A stretch of DNA of 61,891 bases from contig NW_004797723.1 in the NCBI RefSeq assembly GCF_000002075.1, forward strand, positions 67,508-129,398. Reading direction: 5' to 3'. The first letter of the stretch is position 1, and every line of letters starts with the position of its first letter. The position numbers and the translations under genes were made by a program. The notes beneath the pieces are model-generated. The model ran no database searches and was not told the origin of the DNA. It saw only the letters and a list, made by a program, of their open reading frames with translations. Of the stretch, positions 12,960 to 26,900 are shown in pieces. Origin of the DNA: Aplysia californica (Eukaryota).

Positions 12960-13440
12960 CAAACACTTTCCTCCTTTCTCTATCATGGGCTAGCCTTTTG
13001 ATGTTTTTCCATGTCTTCCCACTTTTCTGTTCATCAATTTCTTTGATTTTTCTCCAGGTTCCACGCGGTCTTCCCCTTGATCTTTTGCCCTGTGAATTCC
13101 AATCGAACACTCTCTTTGATATGCAGCTGCCTGACTTCCTGAGACTATGTCTAATCCATCACCACTGCTTTCTTCGTACTTCATCTCTGACTGTGATCTG
13201 TCTTGTTCTCCTTAAAACTACCTCGTTGGTGACCCTGTCTGTCCATCTGATCCTCAGTAACTTCCTTAGGCACTTGTTAAAGAAAACCTGGATCCTCTTT
13301 ACTTTATGCAAGTTTGTGATGCGTTCCATGTCTCACATCCATACAACAGGACCGACTTCACATTTGAATTGAAAAATCCTCAGCTTTGTTTGAAGTGATA
13401 TATCTCTGGTCTTCCTGTTCAAAGATATGAAAGAGTGGTG
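12960..13440 (-). mobile_element. RTE-type LINE 3' remnant
   Basis: The decayed C-terminus reads approximately LEFTGQKIKG / GRPRGTWRK, similar to the + strand remnant at 42170-42410 (WNPQGKRSRGRPRGTWRR). Confidence 0.65.
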
Positions 13441-16400
13441 TGCCTTATAATAAGTGTTTGTATTTTTTTTGCTCAGTTACATGACAACCATTCCAGAAAT
13501 AACACGACCATAAGCAGAATTTTCCATACTATGTAATAAATGTATGGATTTACAGAAGTATCTGGTGTTTTCTTTATATTTATCTCTTCTCTAAAAATTA
13601 TTTCTAATACAGTGATGTCTGCCCAACAGCAAACCTCCTTGGGAAGCAAACCTTGGTTGCTGTTAGTTAGGCAGACGTTGCTGCGCAACTTAAATATGTC
13701 ATCCAGTTTTTTTGCACCTCAGCAGCTTACTGCCAATACTAATACTGTTATGTTCCACTGCTAAGATTGAGGTAGAAAATTAACTTAATAAAAATACACT
13801 TTGGTAAATATTGCCCACAATCATCCCTGATCCTAGCTTTATAAATGTATAGTTATCATTGAGTCAATCGCCAGGTGGTTGGAGGGCGCTCAAGAGAGGT
13901 CGATTCCTACTTCTTTTCATTTTCAGAGTTCAAGGAACGGGCGGTTGGCAGGTTGCTCCTTTCCTATTCAAAAGATCTATCGTCCTTATTTCTGTCTTCC
14001 TTCTTTACTTCGTATGTTACTCTCTAGTAACACCCCTTTGGCACTTATATGACCTATTTGTGTTGTGAGCGTTGTAAAACTTCTAATGTATAAATACTAA
14101 AGAATTATAGGAAAGTTCTTAATTATACATGTACTAAATTGCAATACCTGGTATATAAATAAACAACTCAATTACAACATTATATTTAACTCACATTCAG
14201 AGCCTATTGTGGGGGCTCTCTTGGTCTAGAGGTACGGTGTTCACCTCTCATTCAATATGCCCTGGGTTCGAAACCTGACAACGACGGAAAATGTTCTTCT
14301 CTAAAATGTTCTCCTTTCATCTCAGTCTAACCATGTTCTGTCATCTGCTTTCGTCTCCACTTTATGCCCCCCCNNNNNNNNNNNNNNNNNNNNNNNNNNN
14401 NNNNNNNNNNNNNNNNNNNNNNNNNNNNNNNNNNNNNNNNNNNNNNNNNNNNNNNNNNNNNNNNNNNNNNNNNNNNNNNNNNNNNNNNNNNNNNNNNNNN
14501 NNNNNNNNNNNNNNNNNNNNNNNNNNNNNNNNNNNNNNNNNNNNNNNNNNNNNNNNNNNNNNNNNNNNNNNNNNNNNNNNNNNNNNNNNNNNNNNNNNNN
14601 NNNNNNNNNNNNNNNNNNNNNNNNNNNNNNNNNNNNNNNNNNNNNNNNNNNNNNNNNNNNNNNNNNNNNNNNNNNNNNNNNNNNNNNNNNNNNNNNNNNN
14701 NNNNNNNNNNNNNNNNNNNNNNNNNNNNNNNNNNNNNNNNNNNNNNNNNNNNNNNNNNNNNNNNNNNNNNNNNNNNNNNNNNNNNNNNNNNNNNNNNNNN
14801 NNNNNNNNNNNNNNNNNNNNNNNNNNNNNNNNNNNNNNNNNNNNNNNNNNNNNNNNNNNNNNNNNNNNNNNNNNNNNNNNNNNNNNNNNNNNNNNNNNNN
14901 NNNNNNNNNNNNNNNNNNNNNNNNNNNNNNNNNNNNNNNNNNNNNNNNNNNNNNNNNNNNNNNNNNNNNNNNNNNNNNNNNNNNNNNNNNNNNNNNNNNN
15001 NNNNNNNNNNNNNNNNNNNNNNNNNNNNNNNNNNNNNNNNNNNNNNNNNNNNNNNNNNNNNNNNNNNNNNNNNNNNNNNNNNNNNNNNNNNNNNNNNNNN
15101 NNNNNNNNNNNNNNNNNNNNNNNNNNNNNNNNNNNNNNNNNNNNNNNNNNNNNNNNNNNNNNNNNNNNNNNNNNNNNNNNNNNNNNNNNNNNNNNNNNNN
15201 NNNNNNNNNNNNNNNNNNNNNNNNNNNNNNNNNNNNNNNNNNNNNNNNNNNNNNNNNNNNNNNNNNNNNNNNNNNNNNNNNNNNNNNNNNNNNNNNNNNN
15301 NNNNNNNNNNNNNNNNCAGGTGTCTAAATAACAGTGCACACTTTTGCGGGACCGCTATAGGCCTACTTACAAAGGGAAATAGCACGCGAAATTTTCCACA
15401 TGAAAATCTCTGGATTATGTCTACTTCGCACTCAAGCACGCTTCGGCTTTATGCACGCTTAAGCTGGCATGGACTGTAATACAGCTCCTTTGTGATAATT
15501 TTAAAAAACCCACTCTGAACCACCAAATTACAGTCAAACTCGGATATAACAGGACAGACAGGAGCGGCAGTTTTTCCCTGTTATAATAAGCAAGTCCTGT
15601 TATAACCGTTATCTAGGGAAACTACCTGTACCATTGCACCTTCAGCTTATATACATTCAATTATCGCAGATCCTTTTCCAGTGGGCTGTTTTGCTGATAC
15701 TGAGGCGGAATCGATCAGTGACCCACGATGGGGGATGATACCTGTATGTGTTTGAAAGTTTGTGTTTAGGCAAACAATCATACAAACAGGCAAAAGGTCT
15801 TGTCTGAGACAAATTTTAATAATTTGACAGATCAAAGGCAAGTTTATGCGATACAACTACAAGATCACTGTTATATCCGAGTCTGCACAAATTGAACCCT
15901 TTTATAGCCTATAGAGGAAAAAAAACGGGGATTTGATTTATCAATGTTACATCCAAGTTTCTGTAATAACAGGCTGTTATACATGGACTGGACAGTATAA
16001 TTATTATAAATATTTATTCCTCCCACAAAAAGCTAGCTCCTCAAATACAAAACCATTAATTTTTTTACCCTTCACTAAGTTAAATGAGAAACACATCAAC
16101 ACAAATGTCTACAAGTGGTTAGAGGGCACTTTCAGTTGGTCCATCTTCTTTACTTTCCTTCACTTGTTTGAGTCTTTCTCTCAACACTAAGTGACCATTA
16201 TTGTAGCGATGTGCTTCTCTTTACTCAAACAAACAAACAAATAAATAAATACTCAAGTACAGCACCAGGAAAGACCACAAACAAATAACTGAGCCTTTTA
16301 GTTTAAGTAGAGGTTTTACGGCGCTCGCTACTGCATAAGGTCATATGAGCGCCAGATTAGAGGTGTTACAAGGAGAGCAACAAACATAAAAAAGAAGAAG

Positions 16401-16639
16401 GGGAGATAAGGACGATAGATGTTTGATAGGAAAGAAGAAGCAAACCACACCAGAGCACCCGCCACCCACCCACTAACAGAGTCTGGAAGTAAGTGACACC
16501 CTTCAGAGCTTACAAAGGAAGACATAAAAAATAAACAGAACAGAGTAGGTCAACATTCACTTGTTTCTAATGCATTGCTGAATTGTGAACAGGTTACAAG
16601 TTGAGACTGCACACAAAAAGTAGGGTAAAAATATCTTCT

Positions 16640-17870
16640 TTATTTCTCGCACTGTGGCTGCAAAACATTGAGGAACTGGTCCACATTTGCCGTTGTACGA
16701 ATGGCGCAAGGATCAAAGTGTGTGCGGCAGGCGAAGTAACCGCGGTGCTGTATGATGGTCACTAGTTGATCCAACCTGGAACAGAAACAAGGAAACAAAA
16801 CACTGCCAGTACAAGTTTGCCATGAAGTGTATCAGAATTGGTCGCTTTTAAGCACAAGGGGTCTATCCCAAAAACTGCTGTTTTGAGAAAATCTAAGGTA
16901 AAGTTTTGTACCCTTGTTCAATTTCTTTAAAAGACAAGGAGAGTTTTCTCTACAACAAAACAAATATACACACCACTGAAACCAAACTTCTCCTATAGGT
17001 AGAGCAAGGCCCATTTTTGGTGTAGGTCAAAATTTCTGGAAACCCCCGAAATCTGGGTTAGCTCTCTTGTCCTAAAAATAAAAAGCGACCAATTATCAAC
17101 ATTTCTTACAGCAGTAACTGCTTGCTGGATAACCCTTTCAAACCGCTCCCTGCACACTACGCCACCAGTCTATATATAATATACATACATATGTGTCACA
17201 ACGTGGTGAAATCAGGTGCTCGTCAATTTTTGGGCATGTAGAGTTATTGGTATCATCTGAAAGCTGATTTATTTGCCTTGCTTTCAATTAAATAAATATC
17301 CATCTATCTTGAATAGAACTCTAGATATTTGCGATTTGAGGAAGTGGGATCGCCTTGTTTCAGTGGTGAAATTTGTAATAAAATGGCCACCAAGGTTTGG
17401 TAACTCCTATAGCGAAAGAGTTCTAGAAAATAGAAAAAAATGACATATTTTGTGTCTTTATTAATCAATGTTTACAGTAAAATTCACGTAAAAATGTGTT
17501 TATGGACATAAAAGAGGTTGAATCAACCAAACATAAAGATTGGATAATCATTTCCAAACTGGCGGAAAAATGCCTGTTTCTCCAATTTCTCTATTTTGAC
17601 GAGCGCTTGATTTCACCAAGCTACCTCACATATTATATATATTGAATTGAGTTAAAATACAGTAACTGCGTGTAGAAAGAGTTCAACATATTTAGGAGAA
17701 GTGTATCATCACAAGGAAGTAGACCAAAGGAAGAAAAGGAAAGTGTTGAAGGGAACAGTGAAAGTATGATCGAATTTTCTTGTGTTTACTGCATTGCCCC
17801 TGTCCAGGAAATTTGACAGTACCTTGTTTTGGGTATTCAAAAGCTAATTGACACAGTAAAGGTTAAGCAG

Positions 17871-17902
<32 letters not shown>

Positions 17903-20900
17903 CTGTGAAAGTAAAATGTATGGCCTTGAGATAAAATAGAGAAAGAGGAGAAGGAAGAGAAACAAAAATAAACCACTAAAACTGCCTTACACCCACTATT
18001 GTTCACTCAAAAAGAAACTTAACAAAAATCTCTCTTTTTTTTATCGGCAACATTGCTCAAACTCAAAAGAATTTTCTTTTTCTCTTATAGTTTAAAGAGC
18101 ATGCAGTAAGACCTTAGTCTCAGAATGCAATTTTCAAACACAAATGCAGTACATTTATTTGAATGAATTCTTTGGTCGATCATTGGTTGAAAACAAAAGC
18201 CTCATTAACATATTATAGCTGCACTTCTCCTTGATTTGATGAGAATACTCTTTTTAACATGTGAATGATGGACTCGTAAAGACAGATGAGCGGTGAAATG
18301 GAACAGAGAAATTACTCACTTTGGGATTTTCATTTTCTTGAGTTTATTCACATGTTGGTAAAATGGCACATTCCTCGCTGGTGTGAGCTGGGGGTCATCT
18401 TTGGAATCCTCAAACCTTAGTTTCTTTACAGGTGTAGGAGCATTCTCAGGTACGCTATCACGGGTACCTTTTCTTTTAGAGCCATCTGGTTTACCATCAG
18501 AAGTGACATTAGAAAAAACTGAACATTTTCCATCAGCTCCAGCATTTCCTTCCTCTACAATCTGGGCTGTTTCAGATTTGTCACCCATAGCCTTTTCAGC
18601 TCCACAATCTCTGTCTTTGCTTTGTACAGTTTTGTCATTTTGACCATTCGATGGACTAATACCAGACAACGCGCCTCCTTCCCTGCGGTTGTTATTTCCA
18701 CCCCCATCGCCTGATGAGAAGGAGAGAGTAGCGCATACTGATTCACACTGCAGAAGAGAGACCAGTGTTGAGAATTTTGCACTGAGTCCTAGCGACTTCC
18801 CCTCTTGCTGCATCACATTCAGGAAAGTGGGGCAGTAAATTGGACCTTTCCTGAAACAAACAAATCGTATAAAGAGGGCATTAATTAAAGTAAAATGGCA
18901 ACTCTTGGTGGAGATTTAAAAATGACCACTCACAACACAAAATAAGCCTCAATGACAGAGCATCATGTTTCAGTATACAAAACTGACAAAAATTTTGGAT
19001 TTTCTAAATTTAGCAATCAAGAGCACATATAAAAGAGAAATCTTTGAGCCAGGAATTTTAGATTGCACTTTAGACACTAAAAGAGGGCCTGAACAACTCT
19101 CGTCCCAGCACCATGAGGGATGGAGAACATTTCAAATTGACCATCTGTCTTAGATTAAACTAAAAAGGGAGCTATTCAACATCAAAGTTCTCCCTGCAAA
19201 GTAATCCATTTTATAGCATAGCTGATTTGGCTGCATGCCAAGTAAACAATGTGAGAAGAATAGTCTCTTGTGGTTACAAAATTTTGCCAATGTCAACAAT
19301 ATTGAATGAATCAATTTCAACAAAGAAGACCTATATGATTGATCACATTTTTCGTAACTTTTGAGCAATTATGCAATGCTTTTTACAGAGAATGGTACCG
19401 GTATTCTTCAATTTCAGTTATCTGTTCAAAGAAGTCACTGTGTAATGAGCCTGAAACTATACAAATTTTAATTTCCTAATGCAGCTCGCTCATGCGCTTG
19501 AGTATAATACTTGGTTACTCAGAGAAATCTCAGCTCTCAGTCTATTATTACTACATAACAATTTTTTAAAACCCTATCCGTACGCCCTGGGGTCATTTTG
19601 TACCCCCGAGGTTGTATTCTTAACATTTTAGAATACTTTAAGTATGAAGATCTCTTTGATACTTTCAGTATTTCTCAAAAAATAATTTTGACAGACTGCT
19701 ATGCAAAGCATACGAATCGGATTAACGAGTAAATTTCCTCTTTGGAAAGTGGTGGCACAGAGTTCCCCACGTCATATGGATACGATACTAATACACAACG
19801 TACTGATAGCGTTAAACAGAGAGAAAAAGAAAAGTGCATTGTTGATGTCAACCTTTTTTAAACTTATCAGTTATACTCGCAATTCCTCACCACATGGGTC
19901 CCAGCAGGACAGCAGTCTTGCCTGGATTCTTCTCTTTGCACTGGCAGGGCAGCATGCTGTAGGGATTCTCTGTCAAACAGACAATTGTGGTACAATCACT
20001 CAAAGCACAGTTTATTGTTGGCCTACAGGATGATGTTGGGGTACCAACAAACCACTAAACTAAAGTTTTACCTCACAATTCCTAATCAAGCTTTTCAGAG
20101 CAAAAGTGACTAGTAGAAATATATTTTTCGACAAAGAAGTTGAGGCTGCTTCAGTCGGGAAAGGGGCAAGGATATAAAAAAAGTAGCAACAAATATGAGA
20201 AAGCAACAAGTGGAAATATTCCACATTAAGGCACCTCTGATGTTTTAAGTCAAGAGCGTTATCATAATATGGATAACTCAAACATGTCAGGGATTGACAA
20301 ATGAGTTTGACATATCCATACTTCGGGTAAACCATAATAGCAAAAAATTAAAGAGATATCAGTCCAGGAAAGGCAAATTGTAAAAGCTCTTTGTGATTTC
20401 GAGTTTTCTGTGTTTATGATGTGATCTGTGCCCAACTCTATAATGAAACTTATGAACAATAATTGAACAGTAATATTAATATTGTCCACAAGAATGGCGT
20501 TCTATTGTAGAAAAAGACGGGTCTCTATAATTTGAGAACATGTCCCCTCCTGCAGTGAAGGGCAAAGTCTGAGTCCATGGTTGGGGAGGGTAAGTAAGCA
20601 CATAAAGTTTTAAATCCGTTGTGCAGACAGATGCTCATAAAAACAAAGCTGAGAAATGCGTCTCAAAACAACACACTCTTTTTTCTTCTTTTTTTTTTAG
20701 TAGAGGTTTTACGGCGCTCGCAACTGCATAAGGTCATATGAGCGTCAAGGGGTAGATGTCAACAGAGAAGTCCTTACAGGGAATCGGGGAATGGCCTAAA
20801 GACACTTTAGTCAGTTTTTTAGGTTTTACTCGACGTCTCGGCAAGACAGACTTTAGAAATGATCCCTAAAAGTATGATCTTACTTCAGTCAGTAGCACAG

Positions 20901-23900
20901 CCCCGAGGTGTTACACACTCTTTGACAGTAACAAAGACACACCAGTCAGCACATACCAACAGGTGCCAGTTGTTGCGGCATGAACACTCTCTCCTCACAG
21001 AACCGACAGTGCATCAGTTTACAAATCTCGTTGACTGACGATTCTGTAGCGGTGTGACCTCTGGTGACTTTGACACACACAAGAAGGAAGTCCTCCACTG
21101 CCAGCACATACTGAGGTACCAGCGCTTTGTTGTATCTGCCAGCTGATCTGTATGTTGTCAGGAGAAAAATACAACAGTCTGTTAACATTATCTCGATGTA
21201 TTATGCCATTCTTGGAATCTACATGTATTGGAAGGTGGGTGAATTCCACACCCTCATGAACAGCCCCTAAAGCCAACAGAATTTGACATTCAGCTTTAAT
21301 CATTTGTTTCTGTCTGTCTCGTTTTAATTTTCAATTCAGCTTTAATTTCTTGTGTTGTATGTCTATTTCTTTAATTTCATTATGGCATGTGTACTCATGC
21401 GGGTGTGGATTTGCCCTGCAATGTTGAAATTTTAATAAAGGTGAAAAAAAAAATGGAATGAAAATAATGGTGAAAAAAGGGAGTATCAGACCCAAAGTGA
21501 AACCGTGTCCTCTTTTTACATAAAAGTAGCCTTTATAAAACTTGTCTCAAAATCCAACAGCAAAAGTATGGTGTGGAATTCCCCCATCTTACTCAAAACC
21601 TACTCATCCAACCCCCAACTTGACCACACAGATCTGGGTCTAGCAAAGGCAGTACATGCCATTCATGTGGAAACTACTGATGGCCACTGCGGCATAGTGC
21701 ACTCCTTTCACCTATTTTCACCTCTGCTTTGTCATAATCCGCATCCTGGAGAAATGTGACCATCATCAAGCTGAACCACAGTTATGTAAACTGAACCACA
21801 GTTATGTAAATTAAACACAGAAATAAATCTTGTAAAAAAGAAGAAACCAGTCCAAGTCCAAGATGCAACCATTAAGGGAATGGTTAGAACAAGACAAATC
21901 TAACACTACATAGCATGAAACAAAACTATAGGGGGAATGGTTAGGACAAGAAAAATAAATCCAATACTGAAAGACAATAAACAAAATTACAGTATAACAC
22001 GGATAGCTCGAATTCATTGGGACCGGCCTCGGCAGTTCAAGGGATACACAGTTAGAGGGATATCTTACAAAGATAAAGAAGAAGAAGAACAAAAAAGGGG
22101 GGACTGTAGGCACAGTTCGACAGATGCGTGATTTCGAGTCTTCTGTGTTCGACCTATCTATGTTTTACTGTATAAGGGTAGATCAGAACAAAAGAATTCC
22201 AACACTACATGACAAGTCACCCATCTAAGACTAACCTGTCGAAAGGAATCCTCCATTCCCCCCCTCACCCCACCCCTCACAACCAGCCAGCCCAGTAAAT
22301 AATGCAAGATGCCTTTGCCGTGGAGTCAGACTGAAACTAAGATGATGAAATAGATATATAATATATACTGGTAGATCTACAGTCAAACCTGTGTAAGACG
22401 GCCACCCATTGTCAAATAGAAAAGTGGCCGTATAAGACAGGTGGCCGTATAAGACAGGTGGCCGTCTTAGGCAGGACTGATCAAGATGAAGAAAACAAAC
22501 CATTCCCATCTGAGGTCCCAATCGAAAGTAGCCGCGTTGTTGCTGTTTTTGTTGTTGGTGGTGGTGGTGGTTTGTATTTTGTTTGTAATTTTTATTTTGT
22601 TGCTGATTTTGCACAAGGGTGACAATATAACGAAATGTATCAGACGAGGAAGAGCGAGTGCCATGTTAAAACAAACACACGGAGAACGAGCGTCGCTTCT
22701 GTCACAAGTTCATGTTGACGTTCATTGTTACTTTGTTACAGACTGGGTAAACAGTGACCACTCATCTCACGTACGATTTGTGTTTGAGTTCTGGGCGGGG
22801 CTTATGGGTTATGAGGGATAACACGCTTACCTCACCAGCAGCTGAAAATTAGTAGCTATTGGTCAACAGTGGGAGGGGCCTACGCAACAAGATCGGTTGG
22901 AAGGACTACCTAATAACAACGACAGGGGATTGAATTATGACGGCTCACCCACAACGCCAGGGGCCAATGCACAATTTTTGACTAAACGTAATGGAGTCAC
23001 TAAGGTGGTCGTCTAAGACAGGTGTTATTGCTTTGTGTGATAGGGGTTGTGTGTTAAAATCAAGTGTCCGCGGCCCCGTTGGACAGGTGCCCGTTTTACA
23101 CAGTTCAATTATATAGAAAAAACGCAAGGGGGGAAATGGAAGGTGGCCATTTGTACAGATGGCCGTCTTATAGAGGTGGCCGTCAGTGCAGGTTCGACTG
23201 TACTTGAAACTCCAAATACAGTCAAAACTGTCAAAGATGGCCATCCACTCTTGGTGGACGTTTCACACAATGTCATTATAATGTAAAAAATACACAAGAG
23301 AGCAAATGGGAAGTGGCTGTTTGTACAGGTAATTTCTTATACAGGTGGCCGTTAGAGCAGGTTTGACTGCATTTTGATTCCCCAAACCATCTGAAAAGTT
23401 TCAGACAGATGCCTATGCCTCCTACCAACATCCCCATCATCCTTCAAAATGTCAACACAACCTGACTCCATTGTAGTGTTGTAGTGTAATGTACTTACGC
23501 AGCAAGGTCAGCAAGTACAACCCGAGCAGCCATTTCTTTCAAATATTCCGTCTTCATGACGTCCACTGCGTACCAGCGCTTCACAACATGCGGTGAACGG
23601 GCAAACATGGAGGAGTCGGAGACCACAACACACAGCATTCCTCCAGGAGCAATACTATGACAAGCTGACTCCAAGTATGTAACACAGTTTTTCCAAGCAT
23701 TGATGTATCTGGGGGAGTCAGAAACAGAAAATGTGAAAAGCTGAGATTTTTCATCTGAATTATTTCAATGCTGTAAGACTTCAATTTCAGCAGATCGTAT
23801 TACCTCAGTTGACAGTTCCACAACTCTTGGTTGAAAAAGGTTGGCAAAACAGTAAAGCCGCAATTGCTGCCAAATGATTTACTGTAAAGGTATAACATTC

Positions 23901-26900
23901 CTCAAATATTCTTTCTACTATTATATTTTGCATATACCCTATTACATCATTACTGCATACTGTTTCACATTCAAAAAATCTATAACTGTTCACTCATACT
24001 GTGGGTTAAAAAGATAACTACAATTGGGGGAGAGACTGTTCTTTAAGTGGTGAAATGCCAAACACCTATCAACACAAGTTCAAACAAAGACAAAAACTGC
24101 AGACCAAACTGAATATAACTCGTTCAGCATAGGAAACCTCAAAAATTATTATTCTCTGCACAGAAAAGATTTAACTCACATGTACTGAAAAGTCTCCATC
24201 ATCATGACAGCTTTCGCATCTGCTTGACACACATGGACCTCACTTGTCCCTTGCTTATCGGTGGGGTCACCAGGAACTCTGCACCCATCAAGACAAAATT
24301 TTCTGGTGGTGAGCGAGTTTTCTTCAGCATTGGCAGTCAGCAGTGATACATCAGAGTGATCAGAGAGGGTCACACGGACTTCATCTCCAAGTTTTTTCTT
24401 CCACTGTAAACCAGTCACCCCTTCATGTGATGAAACAATCTTTTTTTAAAGTTTACATACACATGAAATCTTTCCCAATTAGGAAAGTTATTCTGAAGAC
24501 AAAACAGAATCTACTAAAATCTAAAGTTACTCTTTATCCCGAACAAATGCAAAAGTTCTGAGCAGCTTTTTTTACTATAAAAATAACCGTTAATGCTGAA
24601 AATTAGCTTCCAAATTAACAGTTAACATCTATATTATAGTCTGAGAGACTTGATGAAAAGAAAGAAGTATGGATTAGTTTGGAACAATAATTCAATGAAA
24701 CATCAATTGCAGATCCTCACCAGTGTTTGCAAGAGCATCAAGAGCTGAAACTAGAGAATCACATTTTTGCGTAGTTGAGTCTCCTTCAGCATTCTCAGTT
24801 TGCTGTTTGCGCTGGCTTTGTGCAGTCTTTGTCTTCAGCAGGGCTGACAGTGTGGCAAGAGAAAACTCTCTGTGATTTAAACATGTGAAAGCAAATTCTG
24901 TTAATGGCATTAACTTTCAAAGAAGGTAGATGGTCATGAGAGATAAAGTGTCACAAGTCACCCGATGCAATTTACAGCCACCTGTCCAAGAAAATCACTT
25001 GTACAAATGACCACTTCCCACCCCTTTGCTTTCTGTTCTCCCAAAAGTCCGAGAGCAAATATGTGTTTTTGTATGTGTGTGGAATACAGTGTTGCTATGA
25101 TATGGGGTACTCTGGGATGACTTTGCCGAGGAAATAGGGTCTGAATGCGGCCATGTAATTGGTGATTGGTAAGAGGATTTCTGGAAGTGAAAATTGTTTG
25201 ACTGGTTTGAGATGTGATATTGCAGTGTGAACAAGGTTAAAATAAATCTTTCATTGAGACGATTGAATATTGCTTCCACTCTACTTGCTTCTTCAATTAT
25301 TGCAGTGTCACGGGTGTATTTTCTTGTTTCTGTAAAAACTGTGTTTGTTAATTCCTTGTATACCTGGGGATGGAGGTACTAGTGACAGTGATTGCCCACG
25401 AATGATCTGCTGTGGTATGCTTTGGGTGGGATGCGACGTTTGAATTACACTTTGCTTTAAAACCCTCATCCTGCGGGAGCCGGATTTATGTCGCCCGATA
25501 AGCCTATTTCAGCACCTCGCCTACGTTCTAGTCCCAAATCAGTGTAGCTCCTGGCTCAGCGCACGTGCAGCACGCATCCTCTTGGGTCCCAAGTCGGATC
25601 CCCATTCACGCAGGTCAAGTGTTTGTGCGTCAGTCTACTTGAGTTTGTGTGCGTTATTGGCCTTCTTCTAGAACCGCCTGCGTTGGTTCGTAATCGAGGA
25701 ATACGTCTCATTCAAAACATGCCAAGTTGGCAGCTCTAGATGTTCGTCCAATGAAATTATAGAAGAAATTGACCCACTTAGACATGAGGAGCTCGAAAGG
25801 ATAGTCAGGAAACAAGACTTCCATATAAATGTTCGCGGAATACGACTGTTCATCTTCGTCCTTCACATCAATCCCATAAATCAAGAGAGTATCTCCTGCC
25901 ATATATATATATATATAGATCTAGATATACAGAAAAGAGTTTGGTAAGATTGTACTTTACCGGACCACCGGTCGGAATTACTTTCGCTATGGCGCCCTTG
26001 GTGCCTAGTGGCCCGCTATTCTTCGTTTCCGAGCTCCCCTACTCAGTTTTCTACGTCCTCACCCTTCGACTGCCAACAATCGACTGGCGTCTCTTACCGG
26101 GTTTTTCAGTCATCACGACCGTGCCACAGTGCCGTGCCCTTTGACCCACGACCCTGACACCTTGAGGCTAATTGGTCAATCTAATCATGTGGTCCACTAT
26201 TCTTATTAATTTGCTCGCGACTCTGCTGGCTTGGCCTACTCCTGGTCCGGCAAAGTACAATGGAGGGCTAGAGATGCGCACGAGAGCTCATTTGCATAAT
26301 TGCAACCCCCCTCAGTCTCAGCCCTGCTCGCCACTTGGCGAATATCTACCCCGATGGTCCGCTCATGTTATTGTTTTTATTATGTGTGTGTGTCTTTGAA
26401 TTATTGTTGCCAGGGGGGCTAGCCCCCTGAAACCCCCCCTCCCCCCACTGTTGTTACATTGATATGTAAACACGACTGTCCGCTCATGTTATTGTTTCGC
26501 ATTTGTGTGTTATCTTTAATATTTCCAGAGTTTTTCAGAAACGTTTTCCTCTTACTCTCTCACCTCACATGTTACTAATATAACCGGTTTTATCAGTTTC
26601 GAGTGAAAGACAAGACAGAGCGGAAAGTAGATCTTGGTTACGACAACGAAAGTGGCTATTCTCACCCGCCCGGAAGTTCACGCAAGATCAACTCCTCCCC
26701 TCTTCTCTCTCTCTGTCTCTTTCTGAATACTGTCTATCGGTGTGGACGATCAAATTGACCAAAACAAAGTTAAAAAGTGATGTTAAATTTTAAAACACAA
26801 AAGTAAATTAATTTGGTTGTCTACAAAGATGCTACAGCTATTTAACTTTTCGAATCGAGCCGAACTACGCGGGTCGCCATTTTGTTTTGCCCAGAAATTC

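Noticed and set aside
14291-15479. Long ORFs of 325-371 aa
   Set aside because: Artefacts of translating N gaps; the same applies to the other X-rich ORFs.
21678-21810. Hairpin GATGGCCAC...GTGACCATC as an intronic snoRNA, followed by a 20-bp tandem duplication
   Set aside because: There is no convincing H/ACA two-hairpin or C/D box arrangement.
24995-25330. Additional TRMT1L exon (MEAIFNR ORF)
   Set aside because: It has no suitable phase-2 donor. The exon at 27352-27234 supplies the conserved FNPK..R motif in the correct phase.
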